64,000 nt of DNA, taken from an uncultured Acidobacteriota bacterium (GTDB taxonomy: Bacteria; Acidobacteriota; UBA6911). The DNA lies in NCBI GenBank assembly GCA_963843575.1, contig CAWJKZ010000023.1, positions 1 to 64,000 of the forward strand, written 5' to 3'. Both the position numbers and the translations under genes were made by a program. Shown in pieces: positions 40,892 to 47,971 of this stretch (positions within the stretch are counted from its first letter, which is position 1; every line of letters starts with the position of its first letter). Under the pieces are notes generated by a model. That model was not told where the DNA came from, made no database searches, and saw only the letters and a program-made list of their open reading frames with translations.

Positions 40892-41455
40892 TCAGTTGGA
40901 TTTCCCGGCTCCCACCACCGTGAATGCATCTTCGACGATCATGTTTGCGCCTCTTGGTCCGGAATACTCCGTCGATCGGATCGAATACGTTCCAGGCTTC
41001 TCGAAGCGCCAGAGGATGTCGTTTCGATGCCCCGGCACGACCTGCAGCTGGAACAGCATGGAGTTGTCTTTGCGGAACAGACCGAAGCCGTAAGTCAGGT
41101 CGTTGGACTTGATGTCGAAAAGAACCAGATCGCCTTCCGTCGCCACCATCTTTTCGGGAGGCAGCTGGAACTCGTGATTTGCGACCGTAATGTCGAACGT
41201 TTTGTCGGGACGATAGTCGCCCCGGTTCAGATCCACTTTGGCCCACGGAATCGTATTGTAAGTAATGATGTGCAGCGACACCCCGAGAACGGCGAGGAAG
41301 AGGACAAACGAATAGAAAACCCAGGGTTTGACGGGGGTCCCTTTCCCGGTTCGGGTTATGTTCAGCGCGAACCAGCTCATCAGCAGGATGATGGCCACGC
41401 AATACAACGTGTAAGCGATGGTCTGTCCATACAGAACGATCTCAGAATCAACCAT
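40892..41455 (-). CDS. Heme-copper oxidoreductase subunit II (cupredoxin fold, CuA ligands lost)
   Basis: GGAGG RBS, two TM helices, SNDLTYGF (vs S.DV.HGF) and STEYSGPRGANM (vs C.EYCG..H..M). Confidence 0.85.
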   Translation of the reverse strand: MVDSEIVLYGQTIAYTLYCVAIILLMSWFALNITRTGKGTPVKPWVFYSFVLFLAVLGVSLHIITYNTIPWAKVDLNRGDYRPDKTFDITVANHEFQLPPEKMVATEGDLVLFDIKSNDLTYGFGLFRKDNSMLFQLQVVPGHRNDILWRFEKPGTYSIRSTEYSGPRGANMIVEDAFTVVGAGKSN

Positions 41456-41478
41456 TTTCGCCTCCAGCAAATCCCTGT

Positions 41479-42085
41479 TTATCCTTGTTCCGCTTCTTTG
41501 ATAAAACCAGCTGCCCGGAGTCTCGACTGCAGGAGTTTTCCTGCCCCGGCGAGGTAGGGAGGAGCCGCCGCCTCGAGCGCGGCCGCCATTTGAATAACCC
41601 ATGTGGCGAGATGCTCCTCGATGAAACTCTGCGCGCCTTCCGCCGCCACGGCTGCGTGGCCGGCGTCGCCGCAATTCAGGGCATAGGCTTCCTTCACTTT
41701 CAGATAGGCGATGAAACCGGTCTCGACTGAAATGTGGTCGTCCGCCTCCATCGTCTCGGGGCGATAGGCGAACGCCTGGTAGTACGCCGCAATGCTCGAG
41801 AGGAGCTGTCCGGAATCGACTCCCCCGTGGTACGCAACCTCGCGCGCCGGCACGGGGCCGCCCGGTCCGAACAACGAGTGAAACATCCCCTCCGAAGCCT
41901 CCGCCAGGGCCGCGCCCGCCGCCTGGCGCATAAGTGGGTCTTGCACATCCGTCTTCAACTGCCCGACCCGGTCGCTCCAGGGGCCGGCAGGACATTCGAA
42001 GAGCAGGCTGAGCAGCCGCCATTCCGCTGCGCACCAGCTGGTTGACGGCATCGACGGCCGGCCTCACGAACACCGGTTCGCGCAT
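41479..42085 (-). CDS. TorD/DmsD-family redox-enzyme maturation chaperone (5' end possibly frameshifted)
   Basis: AEWRLLSLLFE.P, LFGPGGPVPAREVAY, YYQAFAY, EADDHISVETGFIAYL and FIEEHLATW. Confidence 0.8.
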
Positions 42086-42126
42086 CGGCACCTTTACGAG
42101 GGCAGTTCCTTTGGCATCGCTGCCGA

Positions 42127-42663
42127 TCACCCAATCTCCCTGCCGGCTCCAAGGAGCGCGAGGTCGTGTGCGGCGGAAAGGCCAGCCGGCCCGGCGCCGA
42201 GAATTGCGACGCGCTCCCCGTTTGCCTTGACGAGGCTGCCGTCCGTGCCCGAACGCAGCAAGGCGGAAAACTCCTCGGGGCCCCCGGCAACCGGCGGGGT
42301 GCAGGACTCAATTCTGCCCAGCACATCCGCGCACGGTTGCGTTTCGGGGCCAAACAACCCGCAGGCGAATCCCTTCAGGGCGCGGATCGCGATCGGCCGG
42401 TCTGTCCCCGTGAAGCTGCCGTCGTCGTCCACGCGCGGGACTTTGCCGCGGCGGCAGGTCACCTCGCACGGGGCGCCGCAAATGCGCCCGCAGATGGACG
42501 CGAAGGGATTCGGCCCGCGCGCAATCAGGTAGGCTTCCTCGAAGCGCCCCTCCGCGATCGCGCGCACATAGCCGCGGGCATCGGTGTGAACTGGGCAGGA
42601 AACCTGGCAGGAGATCAGATCCTGATAGTAGTCCCCGGCCGGGATCGCCGCCCTGATTCTCAT
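42127..42663 (-). pseudogene. GltD/Fer4_20-type Fe-S flavoprotein oxidoreductase, N-terminal fragment
   Basis: CQVSCPVHTDARGYV, NPFASICGRICGAPCEVTCRR, IAIRALK and VAILGAGPAGLSAAHDL, then an abrupt stop inside the Rossmann fold. Confidence 0.85.
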
Positions 42664-43172
42664 TTGTGGCGGCCTCCCGAGCGCCTGTTCCGCGGCACCG
42701 ACAGATCGCACGGCAGCGCGGCAGCATGGGAGCCCTTGGCCATGAAGCACAGGACCCTGCCGTTGACCGCTTTAACGGTGGCCGGCCTTTCCAGGAGATC
42801 GGCCAGGGTCCAGCGGGAGAGGATGCCGCACACCGTCCGATGCAGTTCCAGCGTCGCCTCGTGGAAGCGACAGAATGAGATGTCACGGCATGAAGCGCTG
42901 CAGTAATCGCCGTGGATCTTGCCCTGGCACGATTCGACGATGGCCAGCAGGGTGATCTGGGAAGGAGCCTGATTCATGCGCAGGCCGCCCCGGGCGCCCT
43001 TTCCCGCCTGCAGGATCCCGCTTTTGACGAGATGCCTCATGACCTTGGCCAGGTAGGATGGGGACTCGCCGAGCGCCTCGGCGATCCGTCGTGGCGGCAC
43101 GGCGACGCGCGCATCCATTTTTGAGAGATGGACCAGAGCCCGCAGGGCCGACACCGTGGATTTCGCGATCAT
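42660..43172 (-). CDS. Rrf2-family transcriptional regulator with Cys cluster
   Basis: ALRALVHL, IAEALGESPSYLAKV, GARGGLRM, ITLLAIVE and CQG...C...C.....C.FH. Confidence 0.92.
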   Translation of the reverse strand: MIAKSTVSALRALVHLSKMDARVAVPPRRIAEALGESPSYLAKVMRHLVKSGILQAGKGARGGLRMNQAPSQITLLAIVESCQGKIHGDYCSASCRDISFCRFHEATLELHRTVCGILSRWTLADLLERPATVKAVNGRVLCFMAKGSHAAALPCDLSVPRNRRSGGRHK

Positions 43173-43198
43173 GGACGAATCTCAGACAATAGCGACAC

Positions 43199-43226
43199 CA
43201 TATATCCACAATCCCGACCCCGTCAA
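43199..43226 (-). promoter_or_regulatory. Putative sigma70 promoter of the Rrf2 operon
   Basis: Minus strand TTGACG-N16-TATATG about 27 bp upstream of the ATG. Confidence 0.45.
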
Positions 43227-43249
43227 GCAGATAGGGGACGGACCTGCAC

Positions 43250-43338
43250 AACCTTATTGTCTCCTATAAGTTCTCTGATTTTTCGCCCGAAAAACCGGCC
43301 TTATTTGCGGTTTTTGGCGTCGTTTTTTGCGATTAAGG
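43250..43338 (-). repeat. Dispersed A-tract/AATAAGGCC element, copy B
   Basis: Reverse complement ccttaatcgcaaaaaacgacgccaaaaaccgcaAATAAGGCCggtttttcgggcgaaaaa aligns with 58128-58190. Confidence 0.6.
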
Positions 43339-43597
43339 TCGGAGGACTCGCCTGAACAGCTCATCGGTCAAGAGCGCCGACGCTTTGGACCAGACCTTCC
43401 GCCCGGTATCCGGGCGGCTTCGCTGGCACGGATGATTATGACCTTCGCGTGGATGGTCTCGCGTGCTCAGTGAAGCGCACATCGAATCGCGAAGGGGGCC
43501 GGGTCGGCGGCCCACTTTCTGTTATGATGCCGCAACAGCTCGCAGCTGGGAGCGCATCGGCGGCTGCAGTGAAACCCTCAACATCGGCAGGTGGTCT

Positions 43598-45544
43598 ATG
43601 AAGTGCGCGGTGCCGGCTTTGTGGCTGCTGTTGACCTGCGCGGGGACTCCGTCGGTCGCCGCGCAGGGAAGTGCGGCAGATCAGCTTGCGGCGTCCGCCG
43701 CCGCAGCTGGGCGGCCGCGGCTTTTCTTGGGCGGCGGTGGCGTCCCGCGCCTGCGACAACTCATCCAGACCACGCACCGCCGGCAGTGGCACAGGCTGAG
43801 GGCGGCGGTGGACGCGAGCCTGAACCAGTCGCCGCCCGAATACCAAAAGCCCGAAGTCGGCGGCGATTCGACACGGCCGGGCACTCTGAACGACGAAATG
43901 CTTTGGCAGCGCCAGTACGGTTACGTCCTGCCGGGGATGGCGCTCGTCGCGCTTCTCGACGAGGATCCGAGGTATTTTGAACTGGTCCGGAAATGGGCTC
44001 TGAGACCAGGACGGTACCCGCTCTGGGGTGCGGGCATTTACGAGAACACCGGCCTGGCGGCGAAGCACCAGCTCTTCGGGATCTCGCTTGCGTACGACTG
44101 GCTCCATGAACGATGGTCGGACGAGGACCGCACGAGCCTGCGCAGGACTCTATCAGAGCACGGCCGCATTCTCTACGAGGCGGCTGAGGGGGTCAACGAC
44201 CGGGGCTGGTGGAAGCGGGAGTGGCGGCAGAACCACGCCTGGAACGGGTATCAGGCCCTCGCGGTCACGGGTGTCGCCCTCGCGGGCGAGAACCCGAACG
44301 CGGGTACATGGCTTGCGAAGGGGATCTGGGGCGGGGCGCACATCGTGGCCGAGCTGCCGGATGAAGGCGCTTACGAGGAGGGGATACCGTACTGGGGCTA
44401 CGGCATGGAGGCGCTGATGCGCCTCGTCGAAGCGGTACGGCCGTATGGCGGCCAGGACTTCTACGCTTCGGGGTACTTCCGCAGGACAAACCTGTTCCGG
44501 CTTTACATGGCGGGACCCGATGTGGCTCAGGTCGCGAACTTCGGCGACGGCCGCACCACGGATTGGCACGCGGTCGGCACGATCATGTACCGGCTCGCAT
44601 CCCAGTATCGTGACGGCGTGACGCAGTGGCTCGCGGAATCGCTCCCCGAGCGGACCGACATCGATGCGGCGTGCTGGGCCCTGCTCTGGTACGACCCGGC
44701 CGTCGTGGCGCGGCTGCCTGAGAATCAGCCGCTCTCGCACGTCTTCCAGGTCACGGGATTTGCGGGCGCGAGGACCAGCTGGCAGAAGGACGCCCTGACG
44801 CTCCACTTGCGCAGCGGCGCGGCGGACGTGTCGCATTCCCACCTGGACGTGAACAACTTCCTCCTGAACGCAGGCGGCCGATGGCTGCTGCGCGATTACG
44901 GCTACGGAGATGTCGGTCCCGGCTATTTCAACAAGAACACCATTTATTTCAGCACCGGGACGTGGGGGCACAACTGCCTCGTCATCGGCGGGAAACACCA
45001 GCGCCGCGACCGCGACAGCGTCGGCGTGATTACGGACGCCCGGGACGCCGACGGACTGCTCTGGTGGCGCTCAGATGCGACGAAATGTTACGAGGGCGCC
45101 GAGTTGGTGACGCGGGACCTGATGCTTCTGCGTCCGGGGCCGGGCACCGGGAAATGGGGTTCGATCGTCGTACGGGACCTGGCCCGGACTACGGCGCCGT
45201 CCAGCTTCGATTTCATGCTGCAGCCAGCAGGCAAGGTCGCACTCGAACCTGCAGGATTCCGGGTCGAAACCGCGGACGCCCGGCTTGTCGGGCGCGTCCT
45301 TTCCCCGGCCGGCGCGGTGCTGAGTCTGAGCGACGGGATTGGCGGCAACATCAACGTTACGGATCCGCTCAGCCTGCGTATTTCAACCCCCGGCCCGGCG
45401 AACCGCGTTGAGTTCGTCGTGGTGCTGGTGCCACTGGCGCCCGGCGAGCAGGAACCCGAGATAGCCGGCTCGGCCGCCCTCATCCGTATCGGCCGCCGGG
45501 AGCTGGCCTTCGCCGGGGAGCCGCATCTCCAACGCCGGTTTTAG
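43598..45544 (+). CDS. DUF4962 / heparinase II/III-like polysaccharide lyase
   Basis: Signal peptide, RPRLF, LAYDWL, QNH, EGIPYWGYG, NFGD, HSHLDVNNFLL and TWGHNCLVIGG. Confidence 0.85.
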   Translation: MKCAVPALWLLLTCAGTPSVAAQGSAADQLAASAAAAGRPRLFLGGGGVPRLRQLIQTTHRRQWHRLRAAVDASLNQSPPEYQKPEVGGDSTRPGTLNDEMLWQRQYGYVLPGMALVALLDEDPRYFELVRKWALRPGRYPLWGAGIYENTGLAAKHQLFGISLAYDWLHERWSDEDRTSLRRTLSEHGRILYEAAEGVNDRGWWKREWRQNHAWNGYQALAVTGVALAGENPNAGTWLAKGIWGGAHIVAELPDEGAYEEGIPYWGYGMEALMRLVEAVRPYGGQDFYASGYFRRTNLFRLYMAGPDVAQVANFGDGRTTDWHAVGTIMYRLASQYRDGVTQWLAESLPERTDIDAACWALLWYDPAVVARLPENQPLSHVFQVTGFAGARTSWQKDALTLHLRSGAADVSHSHLDVNNFLLNAGGRWLLRDYGYGDVGPGYFNKNTIYFSTGTWGHNCLVIGGKHQRRDRDSVGVITDARDADGLLWWRSDATKCYEGAELVTRDLMLLRPGPGTGKWGSIVVRDLARTTAPSSFDFMLQPAGKVALEPAGFRVETADARLVGRVLSPAGAVLSLSDGIGGNINVTDPLSLRISTPGPANRVEFVVVLVPLAPGEQEPEIAGSAALIRIGRRELAFAGEPHLQRRF

Positions 45545-46979
45545 CGCTGGTTTTGGCGGTATATGGCTCAGCCTTCAGCGCTTCTCCTGGTGCGTCCCCA
45601 TTCGCGCGCCAGTAGAGGGTGCAGGCCCCCTGGCAGCTTTCGGCGTCGGCGCAGGTGTGGCAGCCGGGCGGCATCATGAGTTTGTCGCGCAGGAAGCGCG
45701 CCTGGCGTGACTGCCACACCGTCCGGAAATCCTGCCGGAGGAGGTTCCCCAGCGATTCGCCGGGAGGGAAGCTCGAGCATGGCAGAACGTCGCCCGAAGG
45801 GGCCACGTGGAGAAGGCCGTCGGCCGCGGCGCAACCCCGGTTGCCCATGCCGTTGGCGATGGTGTTGAAGATGCAAAGCGGCACGGGGGAGTACCAGACG
45901 AAGCCGATTTTGCGGGTTTCGGCCCTCGCCCGCACCCGCAGGATGCGTTCGCCGATCTCGCTGTACCACACCCTGAGGCCGGGATTGGCCGCCGCCCGCC
46001 CGCACGGGATCAGCAGGTTCATCGTGACGCGCTGGAGGCCGCGCCCGGAGGCCAGGTCGACGATCTCCTCCAGGCGCTCGATATTGCCGCGGCTCACGGT
46101 GGTATTCGTGTGCACGCGCACACCCCTGGCCTGGAGGCGTTCGACGCCGCGCCAAAGGCGCTCGAACGCCCCCTCGCGGCCGACGAGCGCGTCGTGGGTC
46201 GCGGCGTCAGGGCCTTCCAGCGAGAGCTGCGCCGAATCGAGCCCGGCGTCGGCCAGCCTGCCCGTAAGAACGTCGTCGAGGTGCTGGCCGTTGGAGATCA
46301 GGTTCGCCGCCATGCGGAGCTCTTTTGCCCGCAGCACCAGGCGCGGCAGCCCGGGGCGCAGCGTCGGCTCGCCACCGGTGAAGCTGACGCTGGGGCAGCG
46401 GGCGTCGTGCCGGATGATCTCCAGCACCCGGCCCACCTCGTCGTCGCTCATCACCGGCATCCGGCCGCCCTCCCGGGGCGGCCCGGCGGATGCCCACCCG
46501 GCGTAACAGAAGGCGCAAGCGAGGTCGCAGTCGTAGGTCAAGGCTATTTCGGACAGGAGCGGGTAGCGGCAGAAATCACGGCTGAACGGTTCGCGGATTA
46601 CGGCCCGCCGGCCCTCGGCCTCCCCCAGATCGCCGCGCAGCCAGGCGGACAGGTCGGTGAAGAAGTTGTGGATCTCGCTCCGCCGGGCTGGCGTATCCCC
46701 CTCGATGGCGAGCACGTCGGCGATCCCTGCCCCGTCGCGCAGCATGGCGGAGAGGATGCGCAGGGCGGTCTTGTTGAGCTTGACCGGCGTGTTGGGTACG
46801 AGGATCAGCAGGTCGTCCTCCGGCCGGACCTCCAGGTGCGCCCGGGCCCCGGCGACCACTTCGTCCACCCACCGCAGATCGACCGGGTGCGGCTGACGCG
46901 GCGACGTCTCTACCCAGATAGGGCCGGCCGACGGAGACGGCAGGGACGCGCGCCGGATGCGCCTGCTCACGAGTCCCAT
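45480..46979 (-). CDS. Radical SAM/SPASM-domain enzyme with N-terminal PqqD/RRE-like domain
   Basis: CDLACAFC (CxxxCxxC), FTGGEP, SNG, LSLEG...HD; SPASM C.AA..LLHV.PSGDVLPC...LGN...CHTC.....CQGAC; N-terminal LLILVPNTPVKLNKTALRIL 3-strand/3-helix pattern. Confidence 0.92.
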   Translation of the reverse strand: MGLVSRRIRRASLPSPSAGPIWVETSPRQPHPVDLRWVDEVVAGARAHLEVRPEDDLLILVPNTPVKLNKTALRILSAMLRDGAGIADVLAIEGDTPARRSEIHNFFTDLSAWLRGDLGEAEGRRAVIREPFSRDFCRYPLLSEIALTYDCDLACAFCYAGWASAGPPREGGRMPVMSDDEVGRVLEIIRHDARCPSVSFTGGEPTLRPGLPRLVLRAKELRMAANLISNGQHLDDVLTGRLADAGLDSAQLSLEGPDAATHDALVGREGAFERLWRGVERLQARGVRVHTNTTVSRGNIERLEEIVDLASGRGLQRVTMNLLIPCGRAAANPGLRVWYSEIGERILRVRARAETRKIGFVWYSPVPLCIFNTIANGMGNRGCAAADGLLHVAPSGDVLPCSSFPPGESLGNLLRQDFRTVWQSRQARFLRDKLMMPPGCHTCADAESCQGACTLYWRANGDAPGEALKAEPYTAKTSAKTGVGDAAPRRRPAPGGRYG

Positions 46980-47971
46980 CAACCCGCCACCTCCCCTCCG
47001 CTTTCTGCGTGGGCTGCGCGCCCCAGGGTGACCGCCTCGAGGGCGATGGCGCGGACTTGTTCCGGCTCGGTGTGCCAACCGCCGCCCCGGTCGGCATACT
47101 GCCGGATCACAAGGAAACGAACCCCGTCCTTCTCCCCCCGCTCGAAGACCAGGTCGACACCCCGGACGGACTTGCGGCCCCTGAGCTGCGGCAGACGGAA
47201 GTTCCCGCGGCCGAGGACCACCGCGTAGCCATAGGGATAGTCCGTGCCCTTGACGCTGTTAATGGACACCTGGAATTGAATCCCGAGGAACCCCGATTGG
47301 TCCTCCTGCGCAGGCCGCAGCATCAAACGCGCGTCGACGGGATAATTGCCCCTGGTGCCCCGGCGCAGGGCGAGCATCGGGACAACATCGAACTCGCCTT
47401 TGACCATCTCGTCGACCGCCGCCCTGGCGACCTCCAGGGCCGCGCCCTTCTTGCGGAGTTCGCTCGGGTTCCATATGGTGCGCATGCCGTTGAACCAGAG
47501 CGGCACCAGCAAAAACAAGACGGCGCATGACATCCGGCCTAGGCTCTCGGACTCGAGCGACAGGCTCAGCACGTAGGGAATCCCCGCGCAAACCGCCAGC
47601 AGGACGGCCAGGGTCATCCTCCCCCAACGGTTTGAGATGTCCCATGGGGTCGTATCCCAGCGCTCGCCGCGCCGCTCGTGGGCCGTGACGCGCTCGAGCC
47701 AGGCGTCCTCGGTCGGCACCCAGGAATCCTCGTGTTTCGGGGTGGCTCCTCCCGGGGCCGAGGTCACCGCGTGCACCCAGAGGGGCAGGTGCCCGGCCAG
47801 GATGATCCCCAGGCCGAGATACTGGATCACCGTGCTCCCGGACAGGCAGGACAGGATACTGCCGCCGAGGAAGAACAATCCCGCGGTCGCGAAGCGCGCA
47901 GACAACCCCGGCATCCGGACAAGAAACCGCAGGGACGATGCTTCCGCACGGCTCGGAAAGAAGGCGCTCAA
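46979..47971 (-). CDS. Hypothetical integral membrane protein (about 4 TM plus soluble C-terminal domain)
   Basis: GGAGG RBS and TTG start overlapping the upstream TGA (TTGA); its TGA overlaps the radical SAM ATG (TGATG); two hydrophobic hairpins. Confidence 0.8.
   Translation of the reverse strand: MSAFFPSRAEASSLRFLVRMPGLSARFATAGLFFLGGSILSCLSGSTVIQYLGLGIILAGHLPLWVHAVTSAPGGATPKHEDSWVPTEDAWLERVTAHERRGERWDTTPWDISNRWGRMTLAVLLAVCAGIPYVLSLSLESESLGRMSCAVLFLLVPLWFNGMRTIWNPSELRKKGAALEVARAAVDEMVKGEFDVVPMLALRRGTRGNYPVDARLMLRPAQEDQSGFLGIQFQVSINSVKGTDYPYGYAVVLGRGNFRLPQLRGRKSVRGVDLVFERGEKDGVRFLVIRQYADRGGGWHTEPEQVRAIALEAVTLGRAAHAESGGEVAG

Noticed and set aside
39241-41455. Annotation as ba3/cbb3 cytochrome c oxidase
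   Set aside because: The helix VI His-Tyr motif and the CuA ligands are absent.
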